Assembly: GCA_964557055.1 (NCBI GenBank)
Contig: CAZKYZ010000001.1
Span: 1 to 30,231 of the forward strand
DNA: 30,231 nt
DNA from: an uncultured Desulfobacterales bacterium
GTDB lineage: Bacteria; Desulfobacterota; Desulfobacteria; Desulfobacterales; CAZKYZ01
Direction of reading: 5' to 3'
Shown: one piece after another, positions 17,385-26,062 of the stretch
How the letters are laid out: each line of letters opens with the position of its first letter
How positions within the stretch are numbered: the stretch's first letter is position 1
Translations under genes and position numbers: made by a program
The notes under the pieces: model-generated
What the model was told of the DNA's origin: nothing
The model's input: only the letters and a program-made list of their open reading frames with translations
The model's database searches: none

Positions 17385-19853
17385 TCAACCTGGATATATA
17401 TTTTGAATAGAAACCCGGAAGATCACGGACGTGCCGGCCCCCTGGCGGGATTCCACTAAAAGCGATCCCGCCGCCAGACCGGCGCGTTCCCGCATACCTG
17501 CCAATCCGAGCCCGTCTGTCGGTTCGGCGCTCTCCGGGTCGAACCCTTTGCCGTCATCCCTGACCGTTAGCCGCAGGAATCGGTTTTCCAAGAACAATCC
17601 GACCTCTGTGTACCCGGCCTCTGCATGGCGGACGACATTTGTCAGTGCTTCTTGCGTGATTCGGTAAGCTGCCGTCGCGACCGTATCGCCGACAGCCGGA
17701 ATGTCCCGGTGCTCGAAAACACAGGTGATGCCGGTTCTTTTCTCGAAGTCAGTGGTATACAACTCAAGGGCTTCCACCAGCCCCAGGTCGTCGAGTACGC
17801 CGGGGCGCAGCCGAAAGGCCATGCTTCGGACATCCTTAATTGTTTTATCGATGAGATTGCGCATTGTCAAGGCGCGTTCTGCTGCTTTCTCGTCGATGGT
17901 GCGGATCCGTTCAATGAGCCAGACAGAATCCATCCGCAAGGCCGTTAAAACCTGGCCAAGCTCATCGTGAAGTTCTCTGGCAATGGCGGACCGTTCTTTT
18001 TCCTGGCTGTTCATGATCCCCGCGGATAATCGGCGCAACTGGATTTGGGTTTTTTTCAGTTCGGTAATGTCGGTGGATATTTCACATATGGCATTTGTCG
18101 TTCCAAGCTCATCGTAAATCGGGAACTTGACAGAAAGATAGGTGTGCTCAATACCGTCCCTGTGCGGCATAACCTCTTCGACCTGCAATGGAACGCCGTT
18201 TTGAATCACTTTCTGGTCGTTTTCTTTAAACTGGTCGGCGATCCTGGCCGGGAAAATATCATAATCCGTTTTTCCCTGGACCTCCGCATTGACAAGCCCG
18301 ATGAGATTTTCAAAACGGGCATTGATCAAAATGTACCGACCTTTGGTATCTTTGATGGAAACGACGTCCGGTGTATATTTCAGAATACTAGTGATTTCCC
18401 GTGTTCGACTGTTTACCTGGCGTTCCAGTTCTTTGGAGTGTCGGCTCAGGGCTTCTTTGGCTTCCTGCAAGGCGGCTACCGCCCGGTTTCGTTCGGTGAC
18501 GTCTATAGAGACTGCCAGTGAGCGCATGCTGTCGGGATGGTTGTCCTGGATCGAAATAGCGGACAGCAGAATATCGATAACTTCGCCGTTTTTGCAAACA
18601 TATTGATAGGGGACATCTTTGCATTGGCCGGTTTTAAAAAATGCAGGAAACACGATATCTTCCGCATATTGTCGGGAAGCTTCCGTAAAAAATTCGGTCA
18701 GCTTGCGGCCGAGTACCGATTTTCGGGAGCCATAACCGAGTTTTTCGACCCAGTGATCACTGGCGTTTACCAGGCGGCCTTCTTTGTCGATGGAATGAAG
18801 AAACGCCGGGGTTTTCTGGTATAGATAACGATAACGCTCTTCGCTTTCCTGCAGGGCGGCCTGGATGGTTTTGCGGCGTCGGATTTCCTGGCTGGCCATT
18901 CGATACAGGATAAAGACGGAAAAACCGACCAGTACACAAAGCGACAGAATAACCGCGCCGGCAACCCGAAAAAGGGGATCGGAGACAGATCGCGAAATGG
19001 CTTTCATGCTCCGCAACCGGACAATTTTCCAACCCGGATAACGGTCCAGTGATGCCTGCTGCATAAGGTATTGGTTGCCGGATGGGTCGACGGCATGATG
19101 GGCACCCCTCTGTTCCATTCCCGTCCAGATTCCGACGCCGGTGCCAAATTGCCGGGAAAGCGCAATTTGGTTGATTTTTTGTGCTTCTACTTTCCAGAGG
19201 AAATAGTAGAGCCAGTCACTTTTATTGGTGATAAAAATAATGCCGCGTGGATCGGTAACAAATACATACTCCTCTTCCGAAAGGGCTAGCTCTTTTTCGA
19301 TCTGTTCAATGGAAGCCTTTATTACCGCTACACCAATCGGTTTTTTGCCGGACCGGCCATAGACCGGGCAGCTGTAGTAGGCGCCTCTTTTGTAAGATGC
19401 CGCTCCAAGAGCCAGGTAGGTGGACGGATGCCCGGAGATGGCCTGCTGGAAATACGGCCTGAACGAAAAATTGTTCCCCACGAAACTATCCGGGTCTGTT
19501 CGGTTGGATGTCGCAATGGTGGTTCCGTCTGCCTTCATCAGGTAGCATACGGCCACATTGAGGGCATCCCGGTAATAATCGAGGACGCGATTGGCACCGG
19601 CAAGAGAATCGGGCCCAGGGGTTTGAAGGGCCTCCGCTAACGCTTGGTTTCCAGCTAATATTCGAACCGGTTTAATGTTTTCTGAAAGAAAACTGGAAAG
19701 GTTCTTCTTGATGGAATCGACGCGGCTGATGGACTGGCGTTCCGCCTCTTTGAGAGCGGCTTCTTTCAGAGATGCGTAATACAGGTATCCGCCGGTTGAG
19801 GCGGAAAGAAAGGCCAGCAGGGACAGTACCATCAGAATGACACGCAGGCGCAT
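17385..19853 (-). CDS. Sensor histidine kinase: DctB-like dCache domain, two PAS domains, HisKA_3 and HATPase_c
   Basis: Two TM helices flank SNRTDPDSFVGNNFSFRPYFQQA; two PAS segments; ARELHDELGQ, QEALTNVVRHA, DDGKGF, GLGLAGMRERA. Confidence 0.92.
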   Translation of the reverse strand: MRLRVILMVLSLLAFLSASTGGYLYYASLKEAALKEAERQSISRVDSIKKNLSSFLSENIKPVRILAGNQALAEALQTPGPDSLAGANRVLDYYRDALNVAVCYLMKADGTTIATSNRTDPDSFVGNNFSFRPYFQQAISGHPSTYLALGAASYKRGAYYSCPVYGRSGKKPIGVAVIKASIEQIEKELALSEEEYVFVTDPRGIIFITNKSDWLYYFLWKVEAQKINQIALSRQFGTGVGIWTGMEQRGAHHAVDPSGNQYLMQQASLDRYPGWKIVRLRSMKAISRSVSDPLFRVAGAVILSLCVLVGFSVFILYRMASQEIRRRKTIQAALQESEERYRYLYQKTPAFLHSIDKEGRLVNASDHWVEKLGYGSRKSVLGRKLTEFFTEASRQYAEDIVFPAFFKTGQCKDVPYQYVCKNGEVIDILLSAISIQDNHPDSMRSLAVSIDVTERNRAVAALQEAKEALSRHSKELERQVNSRTREITSILKYTPDVVSIKDTKGRYILINARFENLIGLVNAEVQGKTDYDIFPARIADQFKENDQKVIQNGVPLQVEEVMPHRDGIEHTYLSVKFPIYDELGTTNAICEISTDITELKKTQIQLRRLSAGIMNSQEKERSAIARELHDELGQVLTALRMDSVWLIERIRTIDEKAAERALTMRNLIDKTIKDVRSMAFRLRPGVLDDLGLVEALELYTTDFEKRTGITCVFEHRDIPAVGDTVATAAYRITQEALTNVVRHAEAGYTEVGLFLENRFLRLTVRDDGKGFDPESAEPTDGLGLAGMRERAGLAAGSLLVESRQGAGTSVIFRVSIQNIYPG

Positions 19854-19865
19854 GTTGTTGTTCCT

Positions 19866-20966
19866 TTAGGGTGTGGCTGAACCAGATTCGTCAACAGACA
19901 CGTCAAGTGATTTTCGAGCGATGGCGGCATCTTCACGAATATGGATGGAAGATAGCCCGAAGCGCTCTTTCAAAGCGCGGATGTTGGCATTTTTTAACCC
20001 GCGAAAGGCGGATTGGGTTTTGGGGTGCAGCCGAATGACGGCCGTTTTACCCCGGCAGCCTGAGAAGGTGGACAGTTTTGTGCAGGCCCGATCGAGATAG
20101 CCTGCCGACTGGACCAGTTGTCCAAAAGACGGGTGCCAGGGACCGGCGACCATATTGCCGTTTTTACAAAGATCCGGTGTAGCCTGAAGACCCATTCGCA
20201 CAACCGGTATGGCGGCACGGTCAAAGATTTGCAGGACCAGTTTTGCCGTTGTTACGGCTTCTTCTAACGAAAGCGGTCGATATCGACCGCTTTTAAACCA
20301 TTTTTCCAGTACGCTTTCGGCCATGACCACCGTTGGATAGATACGCACGAAATCGGGATGTAATGCAGCAATCTGCTTTGCACTGCCTACCGCAGAAGGC
20401 CGGGTTTCCCCCGGCAAGCCGATCATCATCTGCGCTCCGGTTTCAAATCCGTTGGCCTGCAGAAGACGCACAGCCGCCGTGGAATGGTGCGCACCATGCC
20501 CCCGGCGTGATTTTCGCAAAACAGCATCGTCCATAGATTGAACACCAATTTCCACCGTTTCGACAGGATAATCACGAATCAAAGCAAGAGTTTCCGGACG
20601 GATGGTATCCGGCCTGGTCGAAAAGCGGATACCTGCGGCGGCCCCGGATCGTACAAAAGTGTTGGCAACCGCCAACATGGCCAGCAGGTCTTTTTTGCAT
20701 AGACCCAAGAAATTTCCACCGTAAAAGGATATTTGGGTTCGCTGCCGCGGGTTTTTGCGGAATTTCAGAAACCGGTCAATCTGCTGCCGAATGTCAGCCG
20801 GGTCAGGCCGAACCATTGGTTTAGCCGCGGTAATTTTTTCCTGGTTGCAGAAAACGCAACGGTGCGGGCAGCCGGAGTGAGGAATAAAAACAGGGACAAT
20901 GAAAGATTTGTGAGACGGGCCGTAAGACGTATTAAGGGCAGATCGTTCCATGATGTGTATTTCCAA
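19866..20966 (-). CDS. Radical SAM protein (Elp3/YhcC-like core, no acetyltransferase domain)
   Basis: IPHSGCPHRCVFCNQ (CxxxCxxC), FYGGNF, STRPD, EIGVQS, RIYPTVV. Start is TTG 20966 or ATG 20951. Confidence 0.88.
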   Translation of the reverse strand: MEIHIMERSALNTSYGPSHKSFIVPVFIPHSGCPHRCVFCNQEKITAAKPMVRPDPADIRQQIDRFLKFRKNPRQRTQISFYGGNFLGLCKKDLLAMLAVANTFVRSGAAAGIRFSTRPDTIRPETLALIRDYPVETVEIGVQSMDDAVLRKSRRGHGAHHSTAAVRLLQANGFETGAQMMIGLPGETRPSAVGSAKQIAALHPDFVRIYPTVVMAESVLEKWFKSGRYRPLSLEEAVTTAKLVLQIFDRAAIPVVRMGLQATPDLCKNGNMVAGPWHPSFGQLVQSAGYLDRACTKLSTFSGCRGKTAVIRLHPKTQSAFRGLKNANIRALKERFGLSSIHIREDAAIARKSLDVSVDESGSATP

Positions 20967-20994
20967 ACCGCTGTCCGTAAAAGGCTTACATCAT

Positions 20995-21702
20995 CTATGG
21001 GGAGGTTTCTGACGCTAACTGAATGAGCGCCTTGCCGGCGGCATCCTGCTCGGCCAGCTTCTTGCTTTTTCCGGAACCTTTTGTGGTAATTCCGCTGGTT
21101 TCCACCCGAACAGTGAAGGTTTTGTCGTGATCCGGGCCGGAGGTTTCAACAACCCGGTAGGTTGGCGGTGATTTCCCGGTAAGTTGAACCATTTCCTGGA
21201 GCCGGCTTTTAAAATCCTGCATTTCAACAGCCTGTTCGGCGGCTTTTATCATAAACGGAAAGTGATGGTTGAGAAGGTGAAAGGCGGCTTCAAAACCGCC
21301 ATCCAGATAAACCGCTCCTAGGACCGCCTCAAAGGCATCTGCCAAAATAGAATTTTTATCCTGGCCGTTGGAACTAATTTCGCCTTTGCCGAGAAGGAGA
21401 TATGCTCCCAAATGGATGTCCCTGGCGAGCTCTGCCAGGAGATATTCATTGACCAGATTGGCGCGCGTTTGAGAGAGCTCCCCCTCGTTCATCTGAGGGT
21501 TTTTGTTCATGAGAATGTGCGCAATTATCAGGTTTATGACGGCATCGCCAAGGAATTCAAGCCGTTCATTATCCCGCAAGCGACTGTCCGGTTGTTCGTT
21601 CAAATAGGAGCGATGGCACAGTGCTTCCGCCAGGTAGTTTGGGTTGGCAAACCGGTGTTTGAGGCGATTTTCCAACTTCGCTATTTGGTTGAGATGTGTC
21701 AT
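20995..21702 (-). CDS. rnc: Ribonuclease III
   Basis: NERLEFLGDAV signature, ADAFEAVLGAVYLD, dsRBD (DFKSRLQE...GPDHDKTF...SKKLAEQDAA). Confidence 0.98.
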   Translation of the reverse strand: MTHLNQIAKLENRLKHRFANPNYLAEALCHRSYLNEQPDSRLRDNERLEFLGDAVINLIIAHILMNKNPQMNEGELSQTRANLVNEYLLAELARDIHLGAYLLLGKGEISSNGQDKNSILADAFEAVLGAVYLDGGFEAAFHLLNHHFPFMIKAAEQAVEMQDFKSRLQEMVQLTGKSPPTYRVVETSGPDHDKTFTVRVETSGITTKGSGKSKKLAEQDAAGKALIQLASETSP

Positions 21703-22574
21703 GTTTTCCGAAGAATCAGGGAGTGAAACACCGACAGTGGTACGTGAAAATGCCCGGTGCCTGTGCCCATATGTATTTCAGGCTTCATGGAACCATGGAA
21801 ATCGGTTCCACCGGTTACCAGCAGTCCCTTTTTTCTGGCCAGGTCGACGTAATACCGGGTTTGTTTTTCTCCATGTTCTGGATAATAGGCTTCCAGGCCG
21901 TCGATGCCCATGGCGACCAGCTCATCCAGAAAAGTCTCGAACAGGTACCCCTCAGGCGGTGTCAACAGACCCGGGTGCGCCAATATTGCAATACCACCTG
22001 CGTTGTGGATTGTTCTGACGGCTTCCGGAAAGTCGACTCGGGCCTTGTCCACATAAGCCGGTTTACCGTAACCAAGATAACGGTCAAAGGCGCTGTCAAT
22101 GGAGGGCACGATCTGTTTTTTCAGCAGTGCCTTGGCGATGTGCGGTCTTCCGATCTGGCCCCGGCCGGATATCGCTCTGACTTCCGCCAGGCTGATGGCA
22201 ACACCCAACTCGGAAAGGCGATTGATAATGGTTGGATTACGGTTTTTCCGGGAGTCCTGGAGGTGGCCCAGCATCTGATTCAGCACGCGATCATCAAGGT
22301 CGAGAGCATAACCCAAAACATGAAAACTGCCGGATCCCGGGTATGATGGTGGTGGATTCGTGCTGATTTCAACACCACTCAAAAACAGGAGATCCGTTGG
22401 AATTCCTTGCTGGAGGGCTTCCCGGCATCCTTCCGTGGTATCGTGATCGGTGATGGATATGGCCCGGAGACCGCTCTTCCCGGCCTTGATAAGAATTTCG
22501 GATGGCGCAACCGTGCCGTCCGATGCAGTAGAATGAATATGGAGATCGATTCCGTTGGATTGGTTATAATCCAA
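21699..22574 (-). CDS. PHP-domain metallophosphoesterase, TrpH/YciV (RNase AM)-like
   Basis: DLHIHSTASDG, ITDHDT, HVLGY, GRPHIA, AHP, GGTDFHG. Probable TTG start at 22574 inside the dksA 3' end (the ORF-track extension runs through dksA); ATGA overlap with rnc. Confidence 0.85.
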   Translation of the reverse strand: MDYNQSNGIDLHIHSTASDGTVAPSEILIKAGKSGLRAISITDHDTTEGCREALQQGIPTDLLFLSGVEISTNPPPSYPGSGSFHVLGYALDLDDRVLNQMLGHLQDSRKNRNPTIINRLSELGVAISLAEVRAISGRGQIGRPHIAKALLKKQIVPSIDSAFDRYLGYGKPAYVDKARVDFPEAVRTIHNAGGIAILAHPGLLTPPEGYLFETFLDELVAMGIDGLEAYYPEHGEKQTRYYVDLARKKGLLVTGGTDFHGSMKPEIHMGTGTGHFHVPLSVFHSLILRKT

Positions 22575-22926
22575 GTGCCTTTTCCAAAGCCTCTTCTTTG
22601 GTTTTACAGTCGATGCACTGGGTTGTAACCGGTCGGGCTTTGATTCTTTCCAGAGCGATTTCTTCGCCACAGGCTTCACAAATGCCAAAAGTTCCGAGTT
22701 CAATTCTGGACAGCGCTTTTTTAATTTTTTTGATCAACTTGCTTTCCCGGTCCCGTATTCGAAGCATGAAGTTGCGGTCTGATTCCAGAGAGGCCCTGTC
22801 GGTAGGGTCTGGAAAGGACTCTTTCTGAGCCGTCATGCCGGATACGGTGTCACCAGCCTGATTCAACAATTCTTCGAGGCGGTCTGTCAGAAAATTTCTG
22901 AAGTACTCAATATCTTCCTTTTTCAT
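22564..22926 (-). CDS. dksA: RNA polymerase-binding transcription factor DksA
   Basis: Coiled-coil tip DPTDRA (DxxDxA) and four-Cys finger CEAC...CIDC; SD AAGAAGG. Confidence 0.95.
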   Translation of the reverse strand: MKKEDIEYFRNFLTDRLEELLNQAGDTVSGMTAQKESFPDPTDRASLESDRNFMLRIRDRESKLIKKIKKALSRIELGTFGICEACGEEIALERIKARPVTTQCIDCKTKEEALEKALGL

Positions 22927-22988
22927 ATCAAAACCTTCTTTTTATCCCTCATAGCCTTTTTTATGAAAGAAAGTAGGGTACCACCCAG

Positions 22989-23017
22989 AGTCTGTTTTGT
23001 AAAGAAAAAAGTGTCAA
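22989..23017 (-). promoter_or_regulatory. Possible sigma70 promoter for the dksA operon
   Basis: TTGACA (23017-23012, overlapping the fabD stop), 17-nt spacer, CAGACT; the -10 match is weak. Confidence 0.4.
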
Positions 23018-23952
23018 CCAAGTATTTGGGCGACATGTGCGATCTGCCCGGTATTGCCGGCATTGAGCAGTGAGCAGGCATCATCGGCGGGGATGATTTT
23101 TCTGGCCAGCCCGGTGAGTACGTTTCCAGGGCCGGTTTCAACCATTGTTACGGTTCCGTATTCGATTAGTGTGGTCATGGATTCATACCAGCGTACCGGG
23201 CTGCAGAGCTGGGCGGCCACGACCGTTTTAACTGCTTGCGGGTCATTGGCTGTTTGCGCGGTTACGTTCAGAACAACCGGGCACGTCGGCGGATGAAAGG
23301 TGATGGTATCCAAAACCTGTGCAAATTCCTCTGCCGCCGCCTTCATCAGTTGACTGTGCCAGGCACCGCTCACTTTCAGAGGTATTGCTTTTGCTCCTGA
23401 ATCTTTCAAAATCGCGGCAGCTTCATCTACCGGTTTTGTTTCACCTGTGATTACGATTTGACGCTCGGCATTGTGATTGGCCACCGAAAGAGCACCAGGT
23501 GCGGAAACCGCAGCAATTCCTGTTCGCACCTTGTCAATGGGAAGCCCGATAACGGCTACCATTTTACCCGTGGTTCGGCAGGCTTCGCGATCCATCAGTC
23601 TGCCCCGCAGACAGACGAGACGAAAAGTGTCTTCGGTGGAAATAAACCCGGCGGCACAAAGGGCACTGTATTCACCCAGGCTGTGACCGGCACAGAAATC
23701 GGGTAGAATCCCCTGCTTTTTCAACAGAAAAAAGATCGCGAGGTTGACAGCTGTGATGACCGGCTGAAGATTGACGGTGCGGGTCAGTTCGGATATGGGG
23801 CCGTCAAAGCATAGTGATGCCAGGTCCAGCCCGGATATTCCCGAACCGAGATGAAAGATGTCCTGCACTTCTGTAAATTTTTCAAACAAATCCTGTCCCA
23901 TGCCAACGTGCTGGGACCCTTGGCCGGGGAACAGAAAAGCTGTTTTATTCAA
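23014..23952 (-). CDS. fabD: Malonyl-CoA:ACP transacylase
   Basis: FLFPGQGSQ, GHSLGEYSA (catalytic Ser), VSGAWHS, SPVRW; TTG start overlapping the hemA stop. Confidence 0.95.
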   Translation of the reverse strand: MNKTAFLFPGQGSQHVGMGQDLFEKFTEVQDIFHLGSGISGLDLASLCFDGPISELTRTVNLQPVITAVNLAIFFLLKKQGILPDFCAGHSLGEYSALCAAGFISTEDTFRLVCLRGRLMDREACRTTGKMVAVIGLPIDKVRTGIAAVSAPGALSVANHNAERQIVITGETKPVDEAAAILKDSGAKAIPLKVSGAWHSQLMKAAAEEFAQVLDTITFHPPTCPVVLNVTAQTANDPQAVKTVVAAQLCSPVRWYESMTTLIEYGTVTMVETGPGNVLTGLARKIIPADDACSLLNAGNTGQIAHVAQILG

Positions 23953-25261
23953 AATCCACCTCGTCTATATTAAATAGTTTACGGGCGACATCAAGGTAGA
24001 TCGATTTGTCCCCGCGGCACCCCTCCTTTTTTAAAAACAGGGTCGGGTCGTGCATGAATTTATTTACAATGGAATCCATCATTCTGTGGAGAATTTCTTT
24101 TTCCGGGTCGGTCAGGTCCAAAGAAGCCGTTGATTTGTCGAACTCCTGATCGGTAATGGCGAACATTTTTTTCCGGATGGCCTTAATGGTGGGCACCACG
24201 GATAGACTGATATACCATTGATTAAAGCGGAGTACAGATTCCTCGACGATCCGGCCGGCTCTGATGGATTCCCGGTTGCGGTCTTCCATATTTTCTTCAA
24301 CCACCCCCTTGAGATCGTCGATATCGTAGACATAGGCATTGCTCAATCGGTTGATGCCTGGATCAATGTCCCTTGGTACGGCGATATCGATGAAGAATGC
24401 GGGCCGGTTTTTTCGTTTTCGCATGGCGTTTTTAACCGCTTGCCTTCGAATGACAAACTCCGGTGATCCCGTGGAACTGATTATGATATCCGCGTCCACG
24501 ATGGCATCTTCAAGCTCGTCAAAATGAATCACCTGGCCGTTAAAACGTTGGGCTAAGTCTATTCCCCGCTGCAGGGTTCGATTGGCTACCTTGATAGCGG
24601 AAACACGATTGCGAATTAAATGCTCCACAGCCAGCTCGGCCATTTCACCCGCGCCTACCAGGAGAACCTTTTTGCCTTCAATGGACCCAAAAATTTTTTT
24701 AGCCAATTCAATGGCCGCATAACTGATCGATACTGCGTGATCGCCGATCCCGGTTTCCGTGCGGACGCGCTTGGCCACAAAAAAGGCCTTGTGAAAAAGA
24801 CGGTTGAGAATCACTCCGGATGATTTGGCTATGGTGGCCGTGTGGTATGCCGATTTGATCTGTCCGAGGATCTGAGGCTCACCCACCATCATGGAGTCAA
24901 GGCTGGAGGCTACCTTAAAAAGGTGTCGGACGGCATCGTTCCCGCGGTGTACATATAGGGCTTCGTCAAGTCTGGAAGTGCGCACCTCTTTAAATTCGGC
25001 CAGAAACTTTCGGGCGGCCTCTGCGGCACCGGCATCCTCTTCCGCTGCCAATAAAAGTTCCACGCGGTTGCAGGTGGAAATTAATACCGCTTCACTGATG
25101 GCTGGATTCAAGCGCAGCTTTGCCAGGGCCTTTCGGGTATCATCTTCGGAAAAGGCAAGGCATTCCCGCAATTCAACCGGGGCTGTTTTGTGATTCAGTC
25201 CGATGAGCAGAATTTCCAATTGCTTGGAAAGCGGGGGCCTATCAGCGGGTAAATCCACCAT
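23945..25261 (-). CDS. hemA: Glutamyl-tRNA reductase
   Basis: GLNHKTAPVELRE, STCNRVE (catalytic Cys), SMMVGEPQILGQ, GAGEMAE, DIAVPRDI. Confidence 0.97.
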   Translation of the reverse strand: MVDLPADRPPLSKQLEILLIGLNHKTAPVELRECLAFSEDDTRKALAKLRLNPAISEAVLISTCNRVELLLAAEEDAGAAEAARKFLAEFKEVRTSRLDEALYVHRGNDAVRHLFKVASSLDSMMVGEPQILGQIKSAYHTATIAKSSGVILNRLFHKAFFVAKRVRTETGIGDHAVSISYAAIELAKKIFGSIEGKKVLLVGAGEMAELAVEHLIRNRVSAIKVANRTLQRGIDLAQRFNGQVIHFDELEDAIVDADIIISSTGSPEFVIRRQAVKNAMRKRKNRPAFFIDIAVPRDIDPGINRLSNAYVYDIDDLKGVVEENMEDRNRESIRAGRIVEESVLRFNQWYISLSVVPTIKAIRKKMFAITDQEFDKSTASLDLTDPEKEILHRMMDSIVNKFMHDPTLFLKKEGCRGDKSIYLDVARKLFNIDEVDFE

Positions 25262-26060
25262 GATGTCCTTCTAATAGAAAATTAACCCCAAAAAAAGTGA
25301 ACAGCAGCAGCGCAAATCCGATAATTGCCATAATGGCTGCCTTGCGACCCCGCCATCCGACAGCCATCCTCCCGTGTATGATAGCGGCATATACCAGCCA
25401 GACGACGCAGGACCAGACTTCCTTGGGATCCCAGCTGAAAAATCGGCCCCAGACTGTTTTAGCAAAGATAAAACCGCTTGCCAGCCCCATGGAAAGCAGT
25501 GTAAATCCGGCGATAATGCAGGCATAACCGGCGGAATCCAAAAGATCAAGAGACGGCAGCCGCTTGTAAAAAAAGCCGTGGTGCTTGAATTTGATCGATT
25601 TTTCCTGCATTAGGTACAAAATGCCGATTCCGCAAGCCAGTGTGAAAGCGGCGTAGCTGCAGAAAACAGTGGCCAGATGGACAACCATCCAGAAGCTTTT
25701 GAACAATGCGTTGTATTGGCCCGTTTCTTTGGGCAGAAAGCTGGCAACGGTAACAATAGCTGCTGCCAGGGGGGCCACGTATATGCCCAGGATTTTGAGC
25801 CGGAAGCGGAACTGAAAGACCAGGAAAGCACCGGAAAGGGCACACGCGGAAAAGAGGAGGGTCTGGTGCAGATTGCGGGCCGGAATGTAGCCCGATTGCA
25901 AAAAAAGGTATCCTATGGCGGAGAAATTCAGCAAAAACCCGGTGGCCATGAACAATTTTCCAGCCAGAAAAAAGTGGTTTTTCTGTAAAAACAAAAACAG
26001 CAGATAGGTCGCGGTACTGGCCATGTAAAACAGTATCGTAACGGCAATCAAATAATCCAT
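25242..26060 (-). CDS. ccsA: Cytochrome c assembly protein CcsA/HemX-like membrane protein
   Basis: Multi-TM; conserved His (VVHLAT), SWDPKEVWS tryptophan-rich motif, C-terminal GHH. Confidence 0.85.
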   Translation of the reverse strand: MDYLIAVTILFYMASTATYLLFLFLQKNHFFLAGKLFMATGFLLNFSAIGYLFLQSGYIPARNLHQTLLFSACALSGAFLVFQFRFRLKILGIYVAPLAAAIVTVASFLPKETGQYNALFKSFWMVVHLATVFCSYAAFTLACGIGILYLMQEKSIKFKHHGFFYKRLPSLDLLDSAGYACIIAGFTLLSMGLASGFIFAKTVWGRFFSWDPKEVWSCVVWLVYAAIIHGRMAVGWRGRKAAIMAIIGFALLLFTFFGVNFLLEGHHGGFTR

Positions 26061-26062
26061 GG

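Noticed and set aside
22575-22703. N-terminal extension of the PHP ORF (and similar extensions for hisI, hisG, HNH, sirC and gpt)
   Set aside because: The extensions overlap neighbouring genes or lack an SD; downstream starts fit the family N-termini better.
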